From the IMG/VR virus record IMGVR_UViG_3300023176_005537, positions 92,946 to 156,945 of that record: a DNA stretch of 64,000 nt, one strand, 5' to 3'. Source of the DNA: a virus. Shown here in pieces: positions 1 to 10,099 of this stretch. The notes beneath the pieces were generated by a model. The model did not search any database, had not been told where the DNA came from, and saw only the letters and a list, made by a program, of their open reading frames with translations. Both the position numbers and the translations under genes were made by a program. Position 1 is the first letter of the stretch; the number at the start of each line of letters is the position of its first letter.

Positions 1-1
1 T

Positions 2-3000
2 TTAGACAATACAAAGTTGATTATGGACAACAAAAAGAAAATCAACTTTAAAGATCCAGACAACAACTCGGCAACCATTCATCAGTTTAGTTCATCGGCA
101 GAGCCAAGCAAATCATTTATTTCAGGCTCTGGGGTTGGTAAATATTACTACACCCCGATTACAATTGATTCTTGTTTGACGCTACCTTCTGATAAGATTG
201 GAGCAAACTTTTATTATCAAGCGATAACAAATTCTTACTTGACTTGTTCTTTGTTTGGCTTTCACGATGTTGACGAAACACAGGCCGAGACAGATTTAAC
301 TTGGTTGGCAAGTGATCAAAATCAAGTTCAAGCACACGCTATTAGACCAACTTTGAAGACACCAGATGGTTATTTCTTGTTGACTGGTTCAGTTGGTGGT
401 GCAAATATTGAATTAACCAGCAGCACTGTGAAAGATCTTTTCACAAATACAAACTGGAACGTGTCAGTTCGCTTTAAACATATCAATTACCCTCTGACAC
501 AAAGGGTGTCGGGCGCTTTTGATGTTGACGCAGATGCTTATCTCTTGGAGTTTTCCGGCTATAATGCTTCAACAAACTACATTGAAAATGAATTTAAAGT
601 AACAGCATCAGTAAGCGAAGTACAAGGCCTTCTTTTTTCCGAAGCATCAAAAAGACTTTATGTTGGAGCACACAGAGAGAACTTTACTGGCTCTGTTTAT
701 CAAAACGGATACTCTTTTGCGAAGATTTCAAATATCAATTTCTGGTATAACTACCTTTCTGATAATGACTTGAAATCTCATTTAAGAGATCTTCACAATT
801 ACGGGATAACGAACAGCGAAAGAGACGCTTATCTCTTGGATTCAAACTATCCAACGAAAGTTAAGAACATTGATACTTTGATGTTGCGTTGGGATTTTGA
901 GACCGTAACAGGTTCAGACTCCTCCGGAAACTTTACTGTAAATGATCTTGGAAACTTCCAAGGAGATACAGAAAATCAGTATTACCACAGTGGAAAAGGC
1001 TTTGGTTTCGAAGCATCTTCTACAGATGTTGTTAAGAAAGAAAAGGTTGCAACCTACAAGTTAGCACCTTATGATACAGTATCTTCCAATGAGATGATTT
1101 CCATCTTGTCGCAAGACGATGATGTGTTTTCTTTGGATAAAAGACCCATCAACTATTACTTTGCAGCAGAAAAAAGCTTTTACAAAGCAGTTGATGATCG
1201 TATTTTGGAATACTTCTCGACCTTGAAAGACTTCAACAACTTGGTTGGTGAAACTGCAAACAGATATAGGCCAGAATATAAACAATTGAAGAAGTATAGG
1301 CAATATTTCTTCAACAAAGTCCAGAACGAATTGGACTTTGAAAGATTTTTAGATTACTACAAGTGGGTTGATACCAGTATTGCAATGGTGATCGAGCAAT
1401 TGATCCCTGCGACTGCCGAGTTTTCAAGCACAGTTTGGAATGTTATTGAAAGTCACGTTTTGGAAAGAAACAAGTTCCAACATAAACTGCCTGTAATCAA
1501 GCCACAGACTGTTTATGAGACGACAATACAAGCTGCGCCAAACTCTTATCCTTTTTCAACAAAAGGCAACAAGGCGTTGAACTTGCAAAATGCTAATCCG
1601 CTGACTGCTAGTTCATTTTTGTCTGCATCTGTGGGGGCTCAATCAACGTTTTTCCTTTCGGGAACGGTGAAGAACATTGCGAGCATAAACACCAACAATG
1701 TAAACAGAAAACTTTATATCTCTGGCTCGGATCAATTGAATACAATTGGCGTTCCTAGAACCCTCCTGAAAGACCAAAAAGGAAGTGTCGCTTCTGATGG
1801 TTTCCATTCGGTAATGATCACAGAGATCAAAGGAAACGACGATTACTTCCTAGATCCTTTTGCTTCCGTTGTTACAACAACGGACTCCATTCAAATCTCC
1901 GGAGTTGTTGATTATACTTTGCCAACAAGACTATCGCAGCCCCAGTTTATAAGAACTAGATTTGCTGCTCCCGGCGGTTATGAAGTAACTTCCTTGGGTT
2001 ATTTGGATTTTGAGACAAGTCAATACTCTGTCTATAACAATATGAACTATAGAAACGCTATTGTTCGCAAAGCTTTGGATGAGATTTACAGTGCGCCAGA
2101 TGATGATCCAACAATCTTGGCAAATCCCGAAGATGGTTCTTACTTTTTGGGTGTCTATCGCAACCCAAGAAAAGAATACGTCACATCAGCAGCCGGATTT
2201 GTAACGCAATCTTTCTTTGATAATGGATTTGTTCAATACCCCATCCCAGCGTCTGATTTGCAGTATGATTGGATTGAAAAAAGCTACTCTTCTTCAAACT
2301 TGGAGTTTCTTTTGAACCAGACTGGTTCGGAAGAGATTACATTCAAGCCGGAAACTTTCTTTTCTTGGGTTGCAAGTCCCGGTTCGGCAACAAACATTTA
2401 TGGAGCAGAGGTTAATTCTAACACAAACACATCAACAGTGGTACTAGAAACGCCTTCTGCCAGTAACAACTATTTTAGTTCTATTGGAAAGTTTGGTTAC
2501 AACACTTGGCTTCAGACTAGAAATGGTGATAGTTTAGTTGTACGGACACACAAAAAGAATAATACATTATCTGTTGATGATAGACTTCCGATTTTGCAGT
2601 TGGAAAACTCCAATGGTCAGAGAGTTGTTGAAAAAGGTTTGGTTGCCAATTCGTTCACAAATTATACCGAGCCCCTAGTGATCAAAAAGTACAAACCAAT
2701 TCGTCACGTCTTTGTTTTGAACACAGAGGCAGAAGAATTTATTGAAGTTCAAAGTTCGTATGCCGGAAAGTTGGCTTCATTCTCTAACCGAGAATTGAAT
2801 GCGAAGTTCAATTTAGACAATGTGAAAGTTGATACTGGATATGAAAAAGTAAAACAACTTTATCTTAACAATGCAAAGATTGATGGAAACCCAATCAAAG
2901 GATGGACTTCTGTCGAATATTCAGAAAGAGTTTGGCCAAAAGAAAAGTTTGAAGGCGTGAGTTCTCACAGAGATAAGCCAAACTATGATTCAACCAGTGA

Positions 3001-6000
3001 GCAATTGCTAGACATTTTGGGAACTGCTAATACATTCTGGCAAAAAGAGGGTGAGCAAACCATAAGAAAACGTGGCGGTCGTTTGGATGCTGAAGTGCGA
3101 AAAGCACCAGTTTATACTAATGCTAAAAACTCAATGGGTCATAAATCAATTTATTCTGAAAATGTGTTTCCATTGTCAGATTATGCGGTTACACCGGAAG
3201 AAGATCGCTACTTCGATGGCGAAGAGTTCTATATAGCATCTGCAAACGCTGGAACTTCAGGACTGGGCGGGTTACCGGCTACATTCACTGTTGGTGATAA
3301 AGTAACTTTTACCATTAATGAAACAGCATACGAATTAACAGCGTCAGCAACAGATAATGATGGTTATAATAGTTGGTTTAGGCATACAGAGTATGGTCAA
3401 AGTTTACAATATTTGGCAAATACGATCAACCAACACCCGATCGTTTCGCAACACGTTCTTGCTGGGCATCTGATTATTAGCTCTTCTTCGCCGGCAGACT
3501 CTCATAAGTTGGGTCTTTATTTGACCACCCCCAATGGAGGCAACAATATCTCTGTCGAGGTTAGCTCCAGCGAGGAGGGTGCTTGGGTAGAGACGTCTGG
3601 CCCTAATGTTCGCACTGTCTATTCAAAAGAAGATGGAGAGTTAAACTCTTCTTTTTATGCTTTCTATACTCCTGTGAAGTATAAAGAAAATTATTTTTAT
3701 CAAACAAAAGAATTTGGACACGCTGCTCCTTTGAACAACCGTGGCTTTAAAAACGAAGGTATTTTTGGCTCTGGGCGAGCAATGAAAAACGCACAATACC
3801 TTGTGGACTTTGGATTAGACGAGTTAGCAGTCGCGGGTATTACAATTACAGCGTCTGTTTCCTCTTCTTTGTTTGCCGATGGCATCTATAATCACTACTT
3901 GCCAACTGCATCTTTATCTTATGTTAATAAGGTTAAATCGCCGGTTGGAACGGGCTCGGTTTATCAGTTGAGGGAGATTACTCCCTACCACGGGCACACA
4001 TACAGAGTGCCTGCTTTGAGTGAGAGAGAGCCTTTCTTTGCTTCTTTTGCAGAGTATAATGAGAGTATTAAGTTTCTCACGGATGACTACGCTATTGTAC
4101 CAGAATTCAACATTTCAGAGCATATGCCTTACTATGTTGATCAGAAAGGTGCAAACTTTAGAGCAACAAACAAAAAGTTTTTGGATTTAAAAGGTGCAAT
4201 CAACACCACTTCAAGTGCTGAAACTGAAACTTCCAATTACAGCGCAGATTTTTATAAAGATTATGTTAATACTGAATTTTTGCAAGGTTTTAAAGTAGTT
4301 AAAGAAGATCACGATAAGATAGGAAAAACAGGCGAGGTAACCCTTACTTGTAAGGGCGTGAAAAAGTTTCTCCCAAAGCAAGGTTTTTATCCGATGAACC
4401 GTTCGGTTCAGCTTGGAACACTGTTTTCTCAATCAGTTGGGCCAAACTTAACCGCATATACCAGCACAGAGCATGGCGCGGTTGAGACAAACCAAAACTC
4501 GGCAAAAGGGATATTCAAGACCAGCACCACAGATGGCGAGCTATACGGAACGTCATTATATAATGAAGAGCAAATCAATGCCAATATGAGGCCGGCAATG
4601 CTTCAAGCCGCGCTGCAACCTTTCTTCGCCCCCGGCATTTTCTTTAATACTATCAAGTCCGGTATCGCTGTTGACTTTCTCTTGGAAAGCCAGCAAGGGT
4701 GGGCAACAGATTCATACACTAGCTTTATAAAAGGAAACTTTGACCATTTTCCATCTTCTTCAAACGTGATTACTGGAATGGGTGATCCAATTCGAGTTCC
4801 ATTTGAAGCATTGACAGATTTGAACAAGTTTCCAACTAATTTGGACATTCCTTATTTGTGCCCTAGTTTCGTCACTGGCACACTAGAGTTTGGAGGTCAA
4901 TCTAGACCTTTTGTGACTTTTAAATGGGATGGGACAAAGGCTTCTAATCTTTATGAAAAGGCAATGAACAATTACTTGGCAGAGTCTGCCAACTTCTTTT
5001 TGAGAGAAAAAAGCTTTACTTCTTTTGTGTCCGATGTCGAAGAAAACTTTAAATTGTTTGAGACCGGTAAAACTTATTATATGGATATCGCTTTGCAACA
5101 AACTTCCAACCATGTCATGTTTAACGAGATTTGGGTTGAAAACGAAGGAACAGGCTCTAACCTTTTACAGACAATTTTTACAGATCCGGGAAGAAAAGGA
5201 AGAGCATTCGGTCCTCCTTTTGGTGTCGATCGCACCGATGGCGAATGGTATGCAGGTGGTAATGCTGGGTTGGACATTTCTGCTTCCTACATAGCTTCTG
5301 ATCCATCTTATGCGCCTTATACTCCGCCTTATTTTTATGGGAAGAGTGTGGCTAGGGTTGCATTTACACCGACAGAAACTAGAAGATATACATTAGAAGA
5401 AGTTCAAAGAAGTTCTAGTATCACCTACTTTAACGAAGGGTTGGATGGAGATCCAATTGAGGGAACTGCAACTTACAATGGTGCGGCTATTGATTATCAA
5501 ATGCTTCTCTCTTCGAGTGTCAATTTACTGGGTAAAATAACACAGCCAGATATCAAGGTTGTGACAAGAGATTTACAGTCAGTTGTTCGGCAAAAAGAAC
5601 TTTCTTCAACGTCCGATCTATCAATTGAGACGACAAATGTCTTAACGGACAACCTTTTAAATATTAACAACGTATTTCAACCACAAGCCGATGTATCAAT
5701 TGAGCTTGGCGAACCTTTGAATACGAACAAGGCATCTTGGAGAATTTCTACTAAATATGAATGCCCCGTTTTGAACTTCTACGAACAAGAAGCGGTTGCT
5801 TTCCACTCTCGTGGGATGTGGAGTGGCTTGGGTGAATTGCCAACCAACGAAAAAGAAGGTATCTTCCTTTCTGTTTTGCCAAGTTTTTCCGGTTCTTACT
5901 TTGCAGTAAACAATACCGGCTCTTTGGCGGATCAATTGGGTTTTAAACCAGAAAAGAAAAGAATTGGAGCAATCGCAGAAAAAACTGTTATCAAAGAAGC

Positions 6001-6622
6001 AATTGTTGCTATTCCTTTCTTGGAAAGAGAAAATATCTCACAAGAAGAAGCGGATTTGACTGTTATTGAAAAGCAAAACTTCTTCTCTGTTGACCGTGAT
6101 GTCTTGGAGCAGCAGATAAAAGACAATAAAGACACTACGCTAACAAGAATGTATAGAAGAATGCAAAACTATGTTATTCCGCCTAACTACAACTTTGTTA
6201 AGTATAGAGATATCAATCCTTTTGTTATGTATCTTTTTGAATTTGATGTTGAATTCGACCAACAAGACCTAGCCTATATGTGGCAAGGTGTTATGCCAGA
6301 CGCTTCCTTGACTGGAAATGAAGAATTTGACGAAGTTACAATCAAGCATATGACTGGAAAAGATGAATTCTTCCATGGAAAAGAGATCCCATCAGATGTT
6401 CGTTGGTTGATCTTTAAAGTTAAACAAAAAGCAAGAAAAGATTATTTAGATGTAGTTAATTTGAGAGAGACAGCAATTGACGATTATGGTTACAACTGGC
6501 CATACGACTACTGCTCCATTGTTGAGATGGCAAAAGTGGAAGCAACTCTTAAAATTGTGCCAAAAGATACAACAGAAGAAGCAGGTGTCAAACTTGGAAA
6601 GATTTTGGAAGGTGAAGAATAA
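2..6622 (+). CDS. Very large virion structural protein (baseplate wedge/tail-associated), 5'-truncated by the window edge
   Basis: Frame is open from nt 2 (TTA GAC AAT ACA AAG TTG...), so the real start lies upstream; >2200 aa, S/T/G-rich, repeated xSGS/TGS motifs, LamG-like N-terminal part (WNVSVRF...LYVGAHR...INFW); heads a run of structural genes. Confidence 0.6.
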   Translation, partial: LDNTKLIMDNKKKINFKDPDNNSATIHQFSSSAEPSKSFISGSGVGKYYYTPITIDSCLTLPSDKIGANFYYQAITNSYLTCSLFGFHDVDETQAETDLTWLASDQNQVQAHAIRPTLKTPDGYFLLTGSVGGANIELTSSTVKDLFTNTNWNVSVRFKHINYPLTQRVSGAFDVDADAYLLEFSGYNASTNYIENEFKVTASVSEVQGLLFSEASKRLYVGAHRENFTGSVYQNGYSFAKISNINFWYNYLSDNDLKSHLRDLHNYGITNSERDAYLLDSNYPTKVKNIDTLMLRWDFETVTGSDSSGNFTVNDLGNFQGDTENQYYHSGKGFGFEASSTDVVKKEKVATYKLAPYDTVSSNEMISILSQDDDVFSLDKRPINYYFAAEKSFYKAVDDRILEYFSTLKDFNNLVGETANRYRPEYKQLKKYRQYFFNKVQNELDFERFLDYYKWVDTSIAMVIEQLIPATAEFSSTVWNVIESHVLERNKFQHKLPVIKPQTVYETTIQAAPNSYPFSTKGNKALNLQNANPLTASSFLSASVGAQSTFFLSGTVKNIASINTNNVNRKLYISGSDQLNTIGVPRTLLKDQKGSVASDGFHSVMITEIKGNDDYFLDPFASVVTTTDSIQISGVVDYTLPTRLSQPQFIRTRFAAPGGYEVTSLGYLDFETSQYSVYNNMNYRNAIVRKALDEIYSAPDDDPTILANPEDGSYFLGVYRNPRKEYVTSAAGFVTQSFFDNGFVQYPIPASDLQYDWIEKSYSSSNLEFLLNQTGSEEITFKPETFFSWVASPGSATNIYGAEVNSNTNTSTVVLETPSASNNYFSSIGKFGYNTWLQTRNGDSLVVRTHKKNNTLSVDDRLPILQLENSNGQRVVEKGLVANSFTNYTEPLVIKKYKPIRHVFVLNTEAEEFIEVQSSYAGKLASFSNRELNAKFNLDNVKVDTGYEKVKQLYLNNAKIDGNPIKGWTSVEYSERVWPKEKFEGVSSHRDKPNYDSTSEQLLDILGTANTFWQKEGEQTIRKRGGRLDAEVRKAPVYTNAKNSMGHKSIYSENVFPLSDYAVTPEEDRYFDGEEFYIASANAGTSGLGGLPATFTVGDKVTFTINETAYELTASATDNDGYNSWFRHTEYGQSLQYLANTINQHPIVSQHVLAGHLIISSSSPADSHKLGLYLTTPNGGNNISVEVSSSEEGAWVETSGPNVRTVYSKEDGELNSSFYAFYTPVKYKENYFYQTKEFGHAAPLNNRGFKNEGIFGSGRAMKNAQYLVDFGLDELAVAGITITASVSSSLFADGIYNHYLPTASLSYVNKVKSPVGTGSVYQLREITPYHGHTYRVPALSEREPFFASFAEYNESIKFLTDDYAIVPEFNISEHMPYYVDQKGANFRATNKKFLDLKGAINTTSSAETETSNYSADFYKDYVNTEFLQGFKVVKEDHDKIGKTGEVTLTCKGVKKFLPKQGFYPMNRSVQLGTLFSQSVGPNLTAYTSTEHGAVETNQNSAKGIFKTSTTDGELYGTSLYNEEQINANMRPAMLQAALQPFFAPGIFFNTIKSGIAVDFLLESQQGWATDSYTSFIKGNFDHFPSSSNVITGMGDPIRVPFEALTDLNKFPTNLDIPYLCPSFVTGTLEFGGQSRPFVTFKWDGTKASNLYEKAMNNYLAESANFFLREKSFTSFVSDVEENFKLFETGKTYYMDIALQQTSNHVMFNEIWVENEGTGSNLLQTIFTDPGRKGRAFGPPFGVDRTDGEWYAGGNAGLDISASYIASDPSYAPYTPPYFYGKSVARVAFTPTETRRYTLEEVQRSSSITYFNEGLDGDPIEGTATYNGAAIDYQMLLSSSVNLLGKITQPDIKVVTRDLQSVVRQKELSSTSDLSIETTNVLTDNLLNINNVFQPQADVSIELGEPLNTNKASWRISTKYECPVLNFYEQEAVAFHSRGMWSGLGELPTNEKEGIFLSVLPSFSGSYFAVNNTGSLADQLGFKPEKKRIGAIAEKTVIKEAIVAIPFLERENISQEEADLTVIEKQNFFSVDRDVLEQQIKDNKDTTLTRMYRRMQNYVIPPNYNFVKYRDINPFVMYLFEFDVEFDQQDLAYMWQGVMPDASLTGNEEFDEVTIKHMTGKDEFFHGKEIPSDVRWLIFKVKQKARKDYLDVVNLRETAIDDYGYNWPYDYCSIVEMAKVEATLKIVPKDTTEEAGVKLGKILEGEE

Positions 6623-7674
6623 TGGAATTTTTTGATAAAAAAGAAGAAGTTATGGAAATTCAATTAACTTCCTATGGTCGTCAATTACTTTCCAAAGGAA
6701 TGATGAAACCAGCTTATTATGCTTTTTTTGATGATGGAATTATGTATGATGGTGCGAAAGGTGGCTTAACAGAAGTTCAAAACGATGTTCAATATCGTGT
6801 TAAAAACGAAACAATCTTTATGAAAGATGTTGACGATTATGAACAAGCAGATCGTTTTGCAAAAAATCCCATTCTTATTCCAGATGAATTTGAAAAAAAC
6901 GTTTTGCCACTTATGGATTTCAACTCAACGTTTGAAAACCAACTTGGGGCATCTAGAAATACAAATAACAACGCCCCTGCTTGGGCTGTTTCTTGTTTTT
7001 CAGCAGAGATTACAGGATCTAACAATTTCCTAACAGCATCAGCAGAAAGCAGAGACATTCCAATCCCGCAGATCAATATTGATCGAGAAAGCATTCAATA
7101 TGAAGTTAGACCAAGTTCTGAAAACGTTGATCAATTTAATGAATTGGAGCCTTGCGAGAGAGAGGAAAGTGCTTTCTTTAATTCAGAGGTTGTTTTTGGA
7201 GATGGAACAACTTTGGAAATCAAAGAAGGCAAGATTTTATTGAAGGTGGAGGAGAAAAACACCCTCTCTTTGAAAGATAACTTTGAAATTGAAGTGTTTG
7301 AAGTTGTTGATTTGAAAGAAACTCCTGTATCTGCGACAAATACTGAATTTTTAGTACCATTAAAGTTTCTCAAAGAAGAAAAACAAATTCAAAACAATCT
7401 TTTGGTTGAACCTGATACGGAAATTCTAGATTCATTAGACAAAGTTAACAATGGATTTGTTTCTTATTATTTAGATATATCATATGATGCAGACGTTGAT
7501 GAGGTTTTGGTTTGTAAAAACGAAGAAAAAGACGACACAACACTTTTCTTTAAAAATCCAATCAACTGTGAGGAAGTAATTTCTCGACAAGGAGCAGAGT
7601 CTGTTTATGATAACAACCTAGGAGAAGGCGGAATTGATTTGTTTATTTCAACGTTGGACGAGGAGTGTGAATAA
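6622..7674 (+). CDS. Baseplate/tail structural protein (LTxxGRxLLS family, paralogue of 13486)
   Basis: N-terminus QLTSYGRQLLSKG..YYAFFDDGIMYD parallels VLTDLGRDLLSR..THFALGDDEIDY at 13486; TAATG coupling. Confidence 0.55.
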   Translation: MEFFDKKEEVMEIQLTSYGRQLLSKGMMKPAYYAFFDDGIMYDGAKGGLTEVQNDVQYRVKNETIFMKDVDDYEQADRFAKNPILIPDEFEKNVLPLMDFNSTFENQLGASRNTNNNAPAWAVSCFSAEITGSNNFLTASAESRDIPIPQINIDRESIQYEVRPSSENVDQFNELEPCEREESAFFNSEVVFGDGTTLEIKEGKILLKVEEKNTLSLKDNFEIEVFEVVDLKETPVSATNTEFLVPLKFLKEEKQIQNNLLVEPDTEILDSLDKVNNGFVSYYLDISYDADVDEVLVCKNEEKDDTTLFFKNPINCEEVISRQGAESVYDNNLGEGGIDLFISTLDEECE

Positions 7675-10097
7675 TGTCGATATTTGATGACTATATGGAC
7701 GCAATACAGATTCCCTCAACAGACGGGGTCGGGCCAAGTAACGCTCCAACCCCATCTGTTGGAACTCCAACTTTCTCACCCGGAGAAGATCCATCTATTA
7801 CTCCATCTCCGGCAGAAAATGCAGGATTTATCCCCGCTGCGGAAGATGCTGACCCAGTTCCGATGCCAGTTTCAAGTGGTGGTGGGGACATACACCCTTT
7901 TTTGAAGACTATTCACGCTTCTTTTCCTATGCCAGAGATTATTGATCTTAAGTTGAATGACCGTGGCCCTCTTTTAAACAAAACTTTGTCAATCAAAGTT
8001 AAAGTTTCCGGAGATTTCTTATCAGATGAGTGGTTTTGGGAAGATTTTCTAGAATATTTCAAACTCAAAGCTTATTTGGTACCAAACACAGACAAATTAG
8101 AGAATGAAAGTATTACAAGGACTTCTCTTTTTGATGATTATGTCGGCTATACAGGTCAAATCGACTTTAAAAGAGAGAAGAAATCACTTTTAAGCATAAC
8201 TGATCTTGAAAATAAGAGCAATAAATTAGAAAATAAGTATTTCTTCGAAGCACAGATTGAAATCCCAGAGAGGCTCTTAACAGACCAATACGAGCATTAT
8301 GTCGTAGTTCGCACTTTTTTCAGCCAGCCTGACTTTTCCAGAGATTTTTTGAACAATACGAAAAATCAAGTATTAGATATGTTGAATAGTGAAAACAATG
8401 GACTATGGGATGCAATAAAGATTGAGAAAACATCTAGTTCCGAAGTTGTTTCTTATAAAAGGATTAGAGCTTACTATATTAATGATGGCTCCCAAGAGTT
8501 TTGGAACGGTGCATTCTCTTTTTTCTCTCAAAATCAGAAATACTATGCAAGTGGTGATGTCAGTGATGATGTTAGAAACAATCTCTCACCCAGACAGCTT
8601 TTCTTTATGGATGTTTTGTTCTCAAAACAAGATCTCTCTGATGATCTGTTGAAGCCGGTTGTAAGTAATTTAAAAACAGTAGATAAAAAACTGGACATTG
8701 GTTTAAACAAGAAAATACAAACAATTCAAATCCCAACTCCAAATTCTGATATTTATTTATCAAAGGAAAAGAGCGGAGATGTAAAGGTTTTGTTTTCTTT
8801 GGATCTGTTCGAGCTTATTAAACAACATTCAGAACTTCCAGAAAGCCTTTTAGATTTTGTTCAAAAAGGGTTGACAGGGAATACAGTAAAAACATTTGAA
8901 ATATATGACAGGGGAGCCGCAACAGTAGCTTCTGGTCGTCATCAATACTCGCTGGAAGTTAAAATTTCAGAAACATTCAGGCAGAATGTGGAAACTTTGA
9001 TCAAAAGGTTGACAAATTCTCAAAGATTGTTGAATAATGCCTTTGAAGAGGCCAAAAAAGAAGAAAATTATGATGAAGTAACAAAAGAGTTTTCTAGAAG
9101 TTTCGCTGAAACTGGCGGAAATGGTATGCAAAATGACATTGATCAGGTTGCAAATGAAGTTTATGATGCTTTAACTACCAACTTTTTAGCTGATTTTGCG
9201 ATTGGCTCTCTTACTTTGAAGAGAAAAAGAGTAAAAGAAGAGATCTTCAAAAAAGAAGAAGACCAATTCACCGGTGAAGACGTTGTTTTAAGTTATACCA
9301 CACCCATAACTCTTTTTACAGATGTTATTTCAGCCGGTGAAATACAAATGTTTTCTTTTGAAGAAGTTACTTATAGCCCAAGCCTTTCCTACACTAGGGA
9401 AGAGTTTATGCAAAGCTACAATCTGAATAACACAGACGTTGAGCAGTTTAAAAATCTTCAAAAGAATATCGAAGACTTTGTCGTTTCTTTGCAGCAGTTG
9501 ACAAATGCAAAAGATTTAGAAACTAAAAATGTGAAAAACCAATCAAATCAAAATAAAGCCAGACAAGTTAGGCTAGATCCAATTAAATTTGTATTTAAAA
9601 ACATTTTTGTTCCTGCTAGCTACAATGAAGCGTTTGAATATAGCGAGGAAGTTCTTTTCTCTGGTGAACAAGAAACAATAGAGAAAGAAGAGGTGTTGAC
9701 TTTCCCACAAGGTGTCGTATATAACTTTATTCCATCGGCAACCACCGGTGAACAGCCGGATAAAAAACTGAAACAGTTAGAAAGATTGGATGAAGGAGAC
9801 AAAAAGTTTATTTTCTCTGATAATTTGGGAATGTCTTTTGAGAATGTTGCATTTAATGATGCACTTTCTAAAGTTGGTGCAAAAGTTCCGACTGCAACAG
9901 TCAGATTGGAATACCTTTCAGGGTATCAAAAGAGCCCAAACAAAGAAAATATTATGAGATCGCCCATCTTCCTAGAGTACAGCGAGCCTCTGGAAGAAGG
10001 AAAGACTTACTTATTTAGAGCAAAGCCGATCCAGAAAGATTCTCAATTTGCTATTTATAATGAATACTTCATTAGAGAAGAGAGGTCTAGAGAATAA
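7674..10097 (+). CDS. Hypothetical protein, probably virion structural; Pro-rich N-terminus
   Basis: 807-aa ORF translationally coupled (TAATG) within the structural block. Confidence 0.5.
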   Translation: MSIFDDYMDAIQIPSTDGVGPSNAPTPSVGTPTFSPGEDPSITPSPAENAGFIPAAEDADPVPMPVSSGGGDIHPFLKTIHASFPMPEIIDLKLNDRGPLLNKTLSIKVKVSGDFLSDEWFWEDFLEYFKLKAYLVPNTDKLENESITRTSLFDDYVGYTGQIDFKREKKSLLSITDLENKSNKLENKYFFEAQIEIPERLLTDQYEHYVVVRTFFSQPDFSRDFLNNTKNQVLDMLNSENNGLWDAIKIEKTSSSEVVSYKRIRAYYINDGSQEFWNGAFSFFSQNQKYYASGDVSDDVRNNLSPRQLFFMDVLFSKQDLSDDLLKPVVSNLKTVDKKLDIGLNKKIQTIQIPTPNSDIYLSKEKSGDVKVLFSLDLFELIKQHSELPESLLDFVQKGLTGNTVKTFEIYDRGAATVASGRHQYSLEVKISETFRQNVETLIKRLTNSQRLLNNAFEEAKKEENYDEVTKEFSRSFAETGGNGMQNDIDQVANEVYDALTTNFLADFAIGSLTLKRKRVKEEIFKKEEDQFTGEDVVLSYTTPITLFTDVISAGEIQMFSFEEVTYSPSLSYTREEFMQSYNLNNTDVEQFKNLQKNIEDFVVSLQQLTNAKDLETKNVKNQSNQNKARQVRLDPIKFVFKNIFVPASYNEAFEYSEEVLFSGEQETIEKEEVLTFPQGVVYNFIPSATTGEQPDKKLKQLERLDEGDKKFIFSDNLGMSFENVAFNDALSKVGAKVPTATVRLEYLSGYQKSPNKENIMRSPIFLEYSEPLEEGKTYLFRAKPIQKDSQFAIYNEYFIREERSRE
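10051..10059 (+). promoter_or_regulatory. Putative late promoter (CTATTTATA)
   Basis: Recurrent motif, ~40 nt upstream of ATG 10100, embedded in the preceding gene's 3' end. Confidence 0.5.
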
Positions 10098-10099
10098 AA